Of a stretch of DNA of 32,000 nucleotides, positions 7,851 through 17,110 are shown piece by piece; positions within the stretch are counted from its first letter, which is position 1, and every line of letters starts with the position of its first letter. This DNA comes from Erysipelothrix inopinata (GTDB lineage Bacteria > Bacillota_I > Bacilli_A > Erysipelotrichales > Erysipelotrichaceae). The stretch spans positions 450,001 through 482,000 of the forward strand of contig NZ_CP060715.1 of the NCBI RefSeq assembly GCF_014396165.1, read 5' to 3'. The notes under the pieces were generated by a model, which saw only the letters and a list, made by a program, of their open reading frames with translations, searched no databases and was not told where the DNA came from. Position numbers and translations under genes: made by a program.

Positions 7851-9962
7851 TTATTGGTATTTCTTCTTCGAGACATAAATCATTACAACACCTGCACTGA
7901 TCATAAGTGTAGTGAGAACAAGTATCTTCTTACTGGTTGATTCAACACCGGTCTTCGGCAATTCATCTTTAGACTTATCCTTCGGATCCACCTTAGGTTT
8001 TGGTGTCTCAGAATTTTTATCATAGATGTAATCTACTACAATCTCCGATTCTCCAAAGGTTCCCGTTGCGTTAGTAGGAAGTTTGCTTTCGTTGAGTGTA
8101 TACCCTTCAATTATATTAATATAATCTACTCCTGAGACATTGTAAGAATCGCCAACAATACCATTGACTACTTTCTGTGTTGCTATTTCTTGTAGGTTAG
8201 TATCAAGGTATCTTATAATTACGTTGCCATTTTTTACTTCTTCCTTATTGAAGACATAGGTTACTTTTTGAGAATCCAACGTGATAAAGCCTTTCGCATT
8301 GCTTGGCAGTTTAGAATCATCAAGTGTGTATCCTGAAATTTCAGTTACATATTCGGAAGTAGAAGCATCATAAGGATTCCCTACGATACCTTCAATAGTT
8401 TGTTGTGGAGCTATCTCATTATTATTCGTATCCACATACTCAACAATAACCTTACCATTTTTAATTACTTCTTTAGTATAGACATATGTTACTGTTTGAG
8501 GATCAGAGGTAATCGTACCTTTCGCATTGCTTGGTAGTTTAGAATCATCAAGTTTGTATCCTGAAATTTCAGGTACATATTCCGAAGTAGAAGCATCGTA
8601 AGAATTTCCTACGTTACCTTCAATAGTTTTCTCCGGAGCAATCTCATTATTATTCGTATCTACATACTTCACAACAACCTTACCATTTTTAACTTCTTCT
8701 TTAGTATAAACATAGGTCACTGTTTGAGGATCGGAGGTGATCGTACCTTTCGCATTCACAGGTAGTTTTTCCACATTTAATGTGTATCCGGGAATATTAA
8801 TTTTATATTCTGACGTCGATGCATCATATGTTTTTCCGATGATTCCATTAATTTTAAGTTGAGGTGCAATTTCAGTATTACCTTCATCTACAAAACGAAC
8901 GGTTACCGTTTGATATTTGGGAGTTTCATATAAACTTAGCGAATGCGTATACTGACCACTCGAGATAGCATAATCTGTAAAGTTATTCGGAACTGCATAA
9001 CTTCCGTGTGGATTATTAAACCGAATGTTTAAATAGATGCGGTCAAGATTCTTAAAATCCTCCGATGTGACATTATCTACAATAATTGAGTCATCAGTAA
9101 TAACTACACGACTACCATCGACAGAATTTTGATCAAACTTCAATATCATGTTGTAAGGGTCTGTCTTTGTCGTGAATGGGGGTTGATATCCATCAAAATT
9201 GGTAAGTCGATTTGGGTAGAGTGAAATTGGAATCGTTAATTTTAAGTTTTCTTCATCGAATTGTAATAAGTCTTTATCGACTCGAGATTCTGATGAATCA
9301 TTCCCTACCGACTGACTGTATGCCATTAACTTTTTAAGTGATTTCATTTCATTAATGGGTCTAAAATCAGAGACACTGGTGAACTGCATTAAGAGACTTT
9401 CTAATTTTTCTGATTTTGTTAGTGGCTCGATACTTTCGATTCCTTTTGTTTCACTAATTTGCAGATAAATCAAAGACTTAATGTTTGCTACTTTTACTAG
9501 ACTTTTTGAAGTTATTGATGTTCTTTGTAGTGATAAGTAAGTTACTGAATCTGCAAGTTGTGGAAAGTTCGCATCATTTAGAGACGGTGTTGTGATAGAT
9601 ACAAAAGCAAGTTTTCCCATTTTTTCTAATGGACTAAAATCACTGATTAGATTTCCTTCCGCAATATTGAGATTTGTTACTTCCGTTGCGTATTCGAGCC
9701 CCTTAATATTTGAAATTGGCTCTGAGCTTTCTTTTATATCAATGTTACGCAAGGACTTCATTGATTCTTTTGTTAGTTGATCTACAGGAATACCCATCTG
9801 GGAAGCAATCTTTTTTTGTAGATTTTCATCCGGCATCCACTCACTTACATCGGATGTAGAAACCACGGTATTATTCTGAGGTGTTGTTTCAGCAAGAACA
9901 GGGAAAACACACCCTGCCAAGATAATACAAATGGATAAGATACCTATTTTTTTCTTTTTCAT
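7851..9962 (-). CDS. LPXTG-anchored surface protein with internalin-like LRR region and four MucBP-like repeats
   Basis: N-terminal signal sequence MKKKKIGILSICIILAGCVFPVLA. An LRR-like segment runs from NIKGLEYATEVTNLNIAEGNLISDFSPL onward. Four repeats of about 76 aa follow (V.V.YVD.N..EIAP...I.G..G..YDASTSEY...I.GY.L...KLP.NAKG.ITSD.Q.VTYVY.K). The C-terminus has LPKTG, a hydrophobic helix and KKKYQ. Confidence 0.85.
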   Translation of the reverse strand: MKKKKIGILSICIILAGCVFPVLAETTPQNNTVVSTSDVSEWMPDENLQKKIASQMGIPVDQLTKESMKSLRNIDIKESSEPISNIKGLEYATEVTNLNIAEGNLISDFSPLEKMGKLAFVSITTPSLNDANFPQLADSVTYLSLQRTSITSKSLVKVANIKSLIYLQISETKGIESIEPLTKSEKLESLLMQFTSVSDFRPINEMKSLKKLMAYSQSVGNDSSESRVDKDLLQFDEENLKLTIPISLYPNRLTNFDGYQPPFTTKTDPYNMILKFDQNSVDGSRVVITDDSIIVDNVTSEDFKNLDRIYLNIRFNNPHGSYAVPNNFTDYAISSGQYTHSLSLYETPKYQTVTVRFVDEGNTEIAPQLKINGIIGKTYDASTSEYKINIPGYTLNVEKLPVNAKGTITSDPQTVTYVYTKEEVKNGKVVVKYVDTNNNEIAPEKTIEGNVGNSYDASTSEYVPEISGYKLDDSKLPSNAKGTITSDPQTVTYVYTKEVIKNGKVIVEYVDTNNNEIAPQQTIEGIVGNPYDASTSEYVTEISGYTLDDSKLPSNAKGFITLDSQKVTYVFNKEEVKNGNVIIRYLDTNLQEIATQKVVNGIVGDSYNVSGVDYINIIEGYTLNESKLPTNATGTFGESEIVVDYIYDKNSETPKPKVDPKDKSKDELPKTGVESTSKKILVLTTLMISAGVVMIYVSKKKYQ
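8020..8906 (-). repeat. Tandem 228-bp coding repeats (MucBP-like modules), four copies
   Basis: The landmark CTTTCGCATT recurs at 8291, 8519 and 8747, giving a 228-bp period. The two central copies are near-identical at DNA level and the outer copies are more diverged. Confidence 0.75.
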
Positions 9963-10094
9963 ATTATTCCTTCTCTTTCTATTTTTATAAGACTAAATAT
10001 ACGCACAATTTACACCATTATAATACCAACAAACACAATCTAAATCTTTGATTTAACAAAACGTTCATTTTATGTCACAAAAATTCCATAAAAA

Positions 10095-10126
10095 TAAAAA
10101 AACGAGGATAGATGCACTATCTCTCG
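10095..10126 (-). terminator. Intrinsic terminator of the GNAT gene
   Basis: Minus RNA CGAGAGAUAG-UGCAU-CUAUCCUCG followed by a U-run. The stop codon lies inside the hairpin. Confidence 0.5.
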
Positions 10127-11067
10127 TTAATTTGCTTTCCATTCCAGTCACTGTTTAGTATGGAATAGAAATGAATATCATATTTTTTCTTATCAAATTG
10201 GAACGCTTCGCGTTTCGTTCCTTCATAAACAAATCCAACTTTTTCGTAGGCGCGTCTTGCTCTTGGATTGAAACTATAAACTTCCAACTCAATGCGATTA
10301 AAATCAAATTGTTTAAACGCATATGTCAGAAATAACGTCATCGCTTCACTTCCATATCCATGACTTGCATGGTTTGGATCCATGAGAATTCGGAAGCTAA
10401 TCAAATCCATTTCCGGATCCCACTCATTCAATACTATCTCTCCAAGGACTTCGCCATCAACCGTAATTGCTAAGTCGAGTCTGTCTGATGCTGTTTGAAT
10501 GTCTTTATACCATTGTCTGTAGCGCGCCAGTTCTTCGGGTGTACGTTCTCGGTTTAACTCTTCCGTAGTTATCGCACTCCCCGTTAGAAAGCCAACTTCA
10601 GGAATCTGAATAATTTCTATCATTCGGTCGATGTCACTATCTTCAAACTTACGTAGAATAACACGATCTCCGACTAATGTCGGTTTTATCTCAAATCCTG
10701 TTAGTTTTACTTTTTCCTCTGACTTACCACTTAGTTTTTCAATATCTGACAATGACTTGGCATTCACATCCAACATTAATATTTCCTTAAACTTCTGAAT
10801 ATCCTCGTCACTCATAACAAGTAATTCTTTGTTCAGTTCAAGATCACTCTTTTCATCACCATCGAGATATGCTTCTTTTACAAGAAGATAGTAATAGAAT
10901 ACATTTGGATTGATTTTATAACGCGATAAAAAAGTTTTATCGATTGTCTCTTTTAATAGAACTTGTTGTTTCTCACCATATGGGAACATCTTCGTATAAT
11001 AGTTTCGAGCTTCCTGCTCCTTATCTGCTTTTGTTTGAAATAGATTTTTAAATCCCATAGCACTCAC
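10117..11067 (-). CDS. GNAT-family N-acetyltransferase (RimJ/RimL-like) with an uncharacterised N-terminal extension of about 135 aa
   Basis: The C-terminal half (RVILRKFEDSDIDRM...SHGYGSEAMTLFLTYAFKQFDFNRIELEVYSFNPRARRAYEKVGFVYEGTKREA) matches the Acetyltransf_3-type fold motifs. The N-terminal region has no recognisable motif. Confidence 0.78.
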   Translation of the reverse strand: MSAMGFKNLFQTKADKEQEARNYYTKMFPYGEKQQVLLKETIDKTFLSRYKINPNVFYYYLLVKEAYLDGDEKSDLELNKELLVMSDEDIQKFKEILMLDVNAKSLSDIEKLSGKSEEKVKLTGFEIKPTLVGDRVILRKFEDSDIDRMIEIIQIPEVGFLTGSAITTEELNRERTPEELARYRQWYKDIQTASDRLDLAITVDGEVLGEIVLNEWDPEMDLISFRILMDPNHASHGYGSEAMTLFLTYAFKQFDFNRIELEVYSFNPRARRAYEKVGFVYEGTKREAFQFDKKKYDIHFYSILNSDWNGKQINER

Positions 11068-11218
11068 CTCTTTAATAAACTTATTATAACAAGCTCATTC
11101 CCTAATAACACTTTATTTTATCTTAATCCAAATCTCAGTGACCAAGTTAGGATACTACGGGTCCTCACCGGTAATTTTATGCTATGTATTTCCCATAAAT
11201 AGTCACGAAGCGTACTTA

Positions 11219-11674
11219 CTAAAATAATCCTCGCTTCGTTTTACACGTTCCCCCGTTAATTTTGTATTTCTCTGTTTTTATATTGATGTCTATAGAATCA
11301 GAATCCAAGGAATCGAGTAAATCAATATAATAGGTCCTTTCTAACGATAACTTTTCAAAATCCAATACAATTGTTTCTACACCTTTATCTTTTTCTATCT
11401 CATAGGAATAACGAGCACCATTTACAACGGAATAAGCACGACTTCTTTCAAAAAATAATGATTCAACTTCTTGTGTACCCATTTCTCCCTTATTTTTTAA
11501 ATCAGTCGTAATAACCATTTCTGTTTCTATGACTCTATCATTGTCTACAACCATTGTTTCTTTGATTGGTTTACCATTCAATTTTCCTTCGCAAACCACA
11601 TTGGAAACTGTACTATTCATACAGCCAGATAAAGCAAATATAATCACGGGTAAAACTAATCTTTTTCTCATCAT
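11219..11674 (-). CDS. Lipoprotein of unknown function (possibly DUF1307/YehR-like)
   Basis: The start is placed at the ATGATG that follows GGAGGAAA. The signal peptide MMRKRLVLPVIIFALSGC carries the lipobox LSGC. The ORF-track start at 11755 adds an implausible 27-aa extension. Confidence 0.7.
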   Translation of the reverse strand: MMRKRLVLPVIIFALSGCMNSTVSNVVCEGKLNGKPIKETMVVDNDRVIETEMVITTDLKNKGEMGTQEVESLFFERSRAYSVVNGARYSYEIEKDKGVETIVLDFEKLSLERTYYIDLLDSLDSDSIDINIKTEKYKINGGTCKTKRGLF

Positions 11675-11781
11675 TTTCCTCCGATAATTATAGTTATTCT
11701 TCTCTATTGAATATCTAACTTTAGTATACACTAAAAGGCGTAACTGTGGCATCAATCTCTTTACTGTGTGTAATCAGATAT

Positions 11782-11813
11782 AAAAAAAGCACTTATCGAT
11801 GATAATCGTGCTT
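11782..11813 (-). terminator. Intrinsic terminator after the second lipoprotein gene
   Basis: Minus RNA AAGCAC, a 15-nt loop, GUGCUU, then U7. Confidence 0.6.
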
Positions 11814-11825
11814 TGTTTTAATTCT

Positions 11826-12338
11826 TTATTCTTCAATAGCCTTACATCTCATACCATCATCGAGATAACTTTCTATAGTTCTGTCCATACTAATATACTC
11901 TGATTCTTTAGTATCAACCATACCTTCGAAATAAAGTTGTTTCATCGACGCTTTCGTGTAGTCTGTTATCAGTTTCTCCGTAACAATAGTTCCTTCAATA
12001 CTATATTCGTAGGATACACCTTCGATTCCTAAATAATCTTTCTTTGTGTCTTCCATATTATTTTTAATATCCGTTTCAGTGATTTTTCCTCTCTCGATAT
12101 CATTGCTATAGTCCATTACCGACTCAATTGTGGATGTCTTCATTCGATCTTGAAATCCTGTCATCGTATCTGTTAATGTATTGTCCCCTTCAGTAATTTC
12201 ACACACGACAACGTCCAGTTTTTCCTCCTCAACAATATCAATAGGAAGATCTTTGGCTAAATTAATGGGTTTCTCTTTCTTGTTTGTGCATCCCACCAAG
12301 ACAAGCATTATAATGCCTATGATAAGTACTTTCTTCAT
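11826..12338 (-). CDS. Lipoprotein of unknown function, paralogue of 11219-11674
   Basis: The start is placed at MKKVLIIGIIMLVLVGC (lipobox LVGC), which follows GGAGGAAAGA. It shares VVCE..., ...Y.Y.IE... and a C-terminal G..CK with its neighbour. Confidence 0.7.
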   Translation of the reverse strand: MKKVLIIGIIMLVLVGCTNKKEKPINLAKDLPIDIVEEEKLDVVVCEITEGDNTLTDTMTGFQDRMKTSTIESVMDYSNDIERGKITETDIKNNMEDTKKDYLGIEGVSYEYSIEGTIVTEKLITDYTKASMKQLYFEGMVDTKESEYISMDRTIESYLDDGMRCKAIEE

Positions 12339-12354
12339 TCTTTCCTCCATTATT

Positions 12355-12418
12355 TAAAAAGCCCCACTTTTAGGATTGTTGAAAATGTTATTTCAACGAT
12401 CCCCTCAAGTGAGGGCTA
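12355..12418 (-). terminator. Compound intrinsic terminator of pflB
   Basis: Minus RNA AGCCCUCACUU...AAGUGGGGCU forms a long stem enclosing an inner GUUGAAA/UUUCAAC hairpin. A U5 run follows. Confidence 0.55.
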
Positions 12419-12444
12419 AGTATTATTAACTCTCTAATTATTTA

Positions 12445-14685
12445 TTAAACAGTACGTTCGTGAGCTGTTCTCATGAGAACATCAAGTTGTTGTTCTTTTG
12501 TTAATTCAACAAAACGAACAGCATATCCTGAAACACGAATTGTAAGGTTTGGATATTTCAATGGGTTTGCCATTGCATCTTCAAGAAGTGAGTTATCAAA
12601 TACGTTAACGTTTAGGTGATATGCTCCTTGTGAGAAGTATCCGTCCATAATTCCACGTAAGTTATTGACACGTTCTGCGTCAGATTTACCAAGTGAAATT
12701 GGAGCGATTGTTTGAGTATTAGAAATACCATCTAATGCACAGTTATAGTCTAATTTAGCTGTTGAGTTTAATGAAGCGAGAAGACCATTACGTTCTGCAC
12801 CGTATGATGGGTTTGCTCCTGGAGCAAGTGGAACACCACGACCACGGCCATCAGGTGTGTTACCTGTAGCTTTACCATAAACAACGTTAGATGTAATTGT
12901 TAACAAGCTAAGTGTTGGTGTTGAATTACGATATGTATGGTGACGTTTGATTTGAGTCATGAAGTATTGTAATGCCCAGTTTGCTAAGTCATCAGCACGG
13001 TTATCATCATTACCGTAACGTGGGAATTCTCCTTCAATTTCAAAGTCTACAGCGATTCCATTTTCATCACGAATTGGTTTAACTTGTGCATATTTGATTG
13101 CTGATAATGAGTCAGCAACGTGTGAGATCCCTGCGATACCTGTAGCAAATGTACGTTTAAGATCTGAATCCATAAGTGCTAATTGTGATTTTTCATATGC
13201 ATATTTATCGTGCATATAGTGAATTGAATTTAGAGTATTTACATAAAGTTCTGCAAGCCAATCCATCATGTCTTGGTAAGCAAGTTTTACTTCTTCAAAG
13301 TCTAATACTTCTGAAGTAATTGGACGATAACGTGGACCAACTTGTGCTCCTGTAATTTCGTCAACACCACCATTGATTGCATAGAGTAATGCTTTAATCA
13401 AGTTAGCACGTGCTCCAAAGAATTGCATGTCTTTACCAATAACTGTTGCGGAAACACAACATGCGATTGCTGCATCATCTGAACCCCATTTTTCACGGAG
13501 TAATTCATCATTTTCAAATTGAATTGATGACGTTTCAATAGCAATGCGTGATGCGAAAGTACGGAAACCTTCAGGTAGTGAATCACAGTATAATACTGTT
13601 AAGTTTGGCTCTGGTGATGGTCCCATGTTAATGAGTGTATGAAGAAGACGGAAGTCAGTTTTTGTAACTAATGAACGTCCATCAAATGCCATACCAGCAA
13701 TTGAAAGTGTTGCCCAAATTGGGTATCCACTGAATAACGAGTTGTATTCTGGTGTACGAGCAAATTTAACCATACGTAGTTTCATAACTAAGTGGTCAAT
13801 AAGTTCTTGAGCTTCTTTTTCAGAAATAACTCCTGCTGCAAGGTCACGTTGGATATAGATATCTAAGAATGCTGAGATACGTCCAATTGACATCGCTGCA
13901 CCGTTATTTTCTTTGATAGCTGCTAAGTAACCAAAGTATAACCATTGTACTGCTTCTTGAGCATTTGCTGCTGGTTGAGAAATATCGCAACCATAGCTTG
14001 CTGCCATTTCTTTCATGTCGCTTAATGCACGAATTTGTTCGTTGATTTCTTCACGTAAACGGATAACATCGTCTGTCATTGTACGGTAACCTGTATGGTT
14101 TAAGTCGTTTTTCTTAGCTTTGATTAAGTAATCGATTCCGTAAAGAGCAACACGTCGGTAGTCACCAATTATACGTCCACGACCGTATGCATCTGGTAGA
14201 CCCGTAATAATTTTATTCTTACGAGCTGCACGCATCTCTGGTGTATAAACATCAAAGACACCTTGGTTATGTGTTTTACGCCATTTTGTAAAGATATGAA
14301 CAAGTTCTTCATCCGGTTCGTAGCCATTACTTTCTAATGATTTCACAGCCATTCCGATTCCACCAAATGGAATAAATGCTTGTTTTAGTGGTTCATCTGT
14401 TTGGAACCCTACGATTTGTTCTTTATCTTTATTCATATAGCCTGGGCCATGTGAAGTAACAGTTGAAACAATCTTTGTATCCATATTGTAAACGCCATCG
14501 TGTTCACGTTGATATGCATTCATTTCCTCAAGTTGTTCCATGAGATCCAATGTGTTTTGCGTTGGTCCTTCTAAGAATTCATCATCCCCGCGATACTCTG
14601 TATAGTTTTCTTTAATGAAATTACGAGTATCAATGTTTTCTTTCCAATAGTTTCCTTTGAAACCATTCCATTGATTATACATCAA
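12445..14685 (-). CDS. pflB: Formate C-acetyltransferase (pyruvate formate-lyase)
   Basis: 746 aa. Glycyl-radical motif RVSGYAVRF near the C-terminus and catalytic Cys pair in AIACCVSAT. The length is typical of PflB. Confidence 0.95.
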   Translation of the reverse strand: MMYNQWNGFKGNYWKENIDTRNFIKENYTEYRGDDEFLEGPTQNTLDLMEQLEEMNAYQREHDGVYNMDTKIVSTVTSHGPGYMNKDKEQIVGFQTDEPLKQAFIPFGGIGMAVKSLESNGYEPDEELVHIFTKWRKTHNQGVFDVYTPEMRAARKNKIITGLPDAYGRGRIIGDYRRVALYGIDYLIKAKKNDLNHTGYRTMTDDVIRLREEINEQIRALSDMKEMAASYGCDISQPAANAQEAVQWLYFGYLAAIKENNGAAMSIGRISAFLDIYIQRDLAAGVISEKEAQELIDHLVMKLRMVKFARTPEYNSLFSGYPIWATLSIAGMAFDGRSLVTKTDFRLLHTLINMGPSPEPNLTVLYCDSLPEGFRTFASRIAIETSSIQFENDELLREKWGSDDAAIACCVSATVIGKDMQFFGARANLIKALLYAINGGVDEITGAQVGPRYRPITSEVLDFEEVKLAYQDMMDWLAELYVNTLNSIHYMHDKYAYEKSQLALMDSDLKRTFATGIAGISHVADSLSAIKYAQVKPIRDENGIAVDFEIEGEFPRYGNDDNRADDLANWALQYFMTQIKRHHTYRNSTPTLSLLTITSNVVYGKATGNTPDGRGRGVPLAPGANPSYGAERNGLLASLNSTAKLDYNCALDGISNTQTIAPISLGKSDAERVNNLRGIMDGYFSQGAYHLNVNVFDNSLLEDAMANPLKYPNLTIRVSGYAVRFVELTKEQQLDVLMRTAHERTV

Positions 14686-14906
14686 GATACCTCCTTATTT
14701 AGTATTCTATTTCCAATACCTTATGTACTACCCTATCATTATAACGAGTCGTCATTTAATCCTTATCGTCTTCCCTTTATTTTTCAGAAAAAAAACACAA
14801 TAAAACCTCTGATTTTCGAAAGTTTGTGAAAAGTATGCCAAATTTATCCTTATCTTCACAAGCCAAAGCTATTGTTATTATACGCACAAAGAGACACCTT
14901 ATCATT

Positions 14907-14936
14907 AAAAAGAGTCACCCTTAGATAAGGTGACTC
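14907..14936 (-). terminator. Intrinsic terminator of the PTS EIIC gene
   Basis: GAGUCACC-loop-GGUGACUC followed by U5 on the minus strand. Confidence 0.65.
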
Positions 14937-14975
14937 AAATACTCTCAATTATTATTTTTTAAATGCTTTATTTAT

Positions 14976-16292
14976 CTATGAAAGTGTTATTTCTTCTGAG
15001 GGTTTACTTTGTGTTTCTTCTTCTACATAAAGTTTGTCTTGAACTTTAAAGAATGGATAGTAAATAAAGATACCAAGAACAATCAGTCCTAGTTGCAACA
15101 TTCCTGCCATAACGCTTCCTGTCGATAACCAACCCGAGAAAAATGGTGGCATGGTCCATGGTAATGTAACACCTGTTGTATAAGGAATCCATCCCAGAAC
15201 TGTAAAACCTGTAGCTATTATTGTATTGATCAAAGGTACAATAATAAATGGAATTACCAGAATAGGATTGAGGACAATTGGAAGTCCAAAAATAACCATT
15301 TCATTAATACCAAATATTGCAGGAACAATTGATAATTTACCCAATTGTTTCATTCGTTCCGATTTTCCACGCCACATCATCAAGATGACCAGTGAAATGG
15401 TACTTCCACTTCCTCCAAAATTTGTAAAGAAATCAGAGAATGTTTTCGTGTAGATATATGGTTGGACTAATCCTGCATTAAATGCTTCTAAGTTTGCATA
15501 AGTCATTGCATTGTGAATCGGTTGATAAACCGTATTCGCAACCCCTGGTCCATGAATTCCAAAGAACCAAAGAATTGATGAGATAAATTGGTATGATAAC
15601 TCAAAGAATTTTGATTCTCCCACCTTTAATAGTGGTGTTTGTAAAACTGCGTAGATAAAGTTTTGTGCAAATTCAAAGCTCGTAAGTCCGAAGAGAATTC
15701 GAACAGCAAAGAACACACTCATAACAACAAAACTTGGAATTAAAACAGAGAATGACAACGCTACAGCCGAAGGAACTCCTTCAGGAAGCTTAATTACCCA
15801 GCCTTTATTCGTTGCGAAACTAAAGATTTCTACCGCAATAATTGCGACGATCATACCTAGAAATAATCCTGTCGAGGATAGGTTCCCAAAAGCATAACCT
15901 TTAAAGACTTCTCCTGTTGCATTCGTAAATTCAGGATGTACTTGTGGTGTTAAAATTAAAAATGAAACATACGCAAGGAGTGCTCCAGAAAAAGCATTTA
16001 CATTTTTAGTTTTACTATATGAATAACCAATTGCCATAACATTTAAAACACCAATTAAATTAATCGATGCGTTGGATATTGCATCCAAATAACTCTTCCA
16101 TCCTGCACCAAAAATACCAGCCATAAATTCAGCATATCCTGTTATTGGAAAATTACCAATCAACATAAATACTGATGCAACAATTATTAATGGCGTCGTT
16201 AATAAGAATCCATCTCTAATTGCAATTAAAACCTTATTATTTCCCAATTTTAAAGCAATGGGAGCCAGCTTATTTTCTATAAATTCTATCAT
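14976..16292 (-). CDS. PTS lactose/cellobiose-family EIIC component
   Basis: 438-aa polytopic protein. The N-terminus MIEFIENKLAPIALKLGNNKVLIAIRDGFLLTTPLIIVASVFMLIGNFP is typical of CelB/LicC-type EIIC. No EIIA or EIIB gene is adjacent. Confidence 0.85.
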   Translation of the reverse strand: MIEFIENKLAPIALKLGNNKVLIAIRDGFLLTTPLIIVASVFMLIGNFPITGYAEFMAGIFGAGWKSYLDAISNASINLIGVLNVMAIGYSYSKTKNVNAFSGALLAYVSFLILTPQVHPEFTNATGEVFKGYAFGNLSSTGLFLGMIVAIIAVEIFSFATNKGWVIKLPEGVPSAVALSFSVLIPSFVVMSVFFAVRILFGLTSFEFAQNFIYAVLQTPLLKVGESKFFELSYQFISSILWFFGIHGPGVANTVYQPIHNAMTYANLEAFNAGLVQPYIYTKTFSDFFTNFGGSGSTISLVILMMWRGKSERMKQLGKLSIVPAIFGINEMVIFGLPIVLNPILVIPFIIVPLINTIIATGFTVLGWIPYTTGVTLPWTMPPFFSGWLSTGSVMAGMLQLGLIVLGIFIYYPFFKVQDKLYVEEETQSKPSEEITLS

Positions 16293-16454
16293 TTTATATG
16301 ATTCCTCTCGTATTTTTTATTTGTCTATTTTAATACTAAAGGCTACAACATTCCTTATTCATACATATCACCCCATATCAACTTAACCATATTAGCATAT
16401 ATGTTTAATATGTTAAACAGAGATGCACACAAATTTTAAAGATTTATCACATAG

Positions 16455-16480
16455 AAAAAAGAGTCCTTTTTAAGGACTCT
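16455..16480 (-). terminator. Intrinsic terminator of upp
   Basis: AGAGUCCUU-UUU-AAGGACUCU followed by a U-run on the minus strand. Confidence 0.65.
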
Positions 16481-16489
16481 TTACAGTTA

Positions 16490-17110
16490 TTATTTAGTAC
16501 CGTAGATTCTATCTCCAGCATCTCCAAGACCTGGAACAATATATCCTTGATCATTGAGTTTTTCATCAAGTGCTGCAAGGAAGATATCAACATCTGGATG
16601 ATTTTTCTTAATGAGTTCTACACCTTCAGGAGCTCCTACTAAACAAACAAGCTTAATGTTTTTTGCACCACGATTTTTAACAATTTCAATCGCCGCATCG
16701 GCACTACCACCTGTTGCAAGCATTGGATCTAAAACAAGAACCTCAGCATTTTCTAAATTCTCAGGGAACTTAGCAAAATATTCATGTGGAAGTAATGTTT
16801 CTTCATCACGATAGACTCCAACATGTCCTACCTTTGCAGTTGGGATTAAGTCAAGAATTCCTTCAACCATTCCGAGACCTGCACGGATAATTGGAACAAG
16901 GACGATATCTCTTTTTAGTTCGAATGTGTTGTAAGGTCCACTGTGTGTTTCCACAGTGATTGGGTCAAGCTTAATATCTCTTGTAATTTCATATGCCATC
17001 AGTCCAGCAATTTCGTCTAAATTCTGGCGGAAATCTTTTGTTCCTGTTGACATACAACGCATTTGAGTCAATTTATGGGTAATTAATGGGTGATTTAATA
17101 CTGTAATCAT
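16490..17110 (-). CDS. upp: Uracil phosphoribosyltransferase
   Basis: 206 aa. [18 protein letters not shown]... and the PRPP-binding loop [14 protein letters not shown]. Confidence 0.95.
   Translation of the reverse strand: MITVLNHPLITHKLTQMRCMSTGTKDFRQNLDEIAGLMAYEITRDIKLDPITVETHSGPYNTFELKRDIVLVPIIRAGLGMVEGILDLIPTAKVGHVGVYRDEETLLPHEYFAKFPENLENAEVLVLDPMLATGGSADAAIEIVKNRGAKNIKLVCLVGAPEGVELIKKNHPDVDIFLAALDEKLNDQGYIVPGLGDAGDRIYGTK

Noticed and set aside
8020-8906. Possibility that the regular repeats (also 23680-23875) represent a CRISPR array or non-coding satellite
   Set aside because: The repeats are in frame within long ORFs and encode protein modules (MucBP-like, coiled coil). There is no repeat-spacer structure and there are no cas genes.
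11675-11755. 27-codon N-terminal extension of the first lipoprotein ORF
   Set aside because: The extension precedes the GGAGG RBS and would bury the lipoprotein signal peptide. The internal ATG gives a canonical signal plus lipobox.
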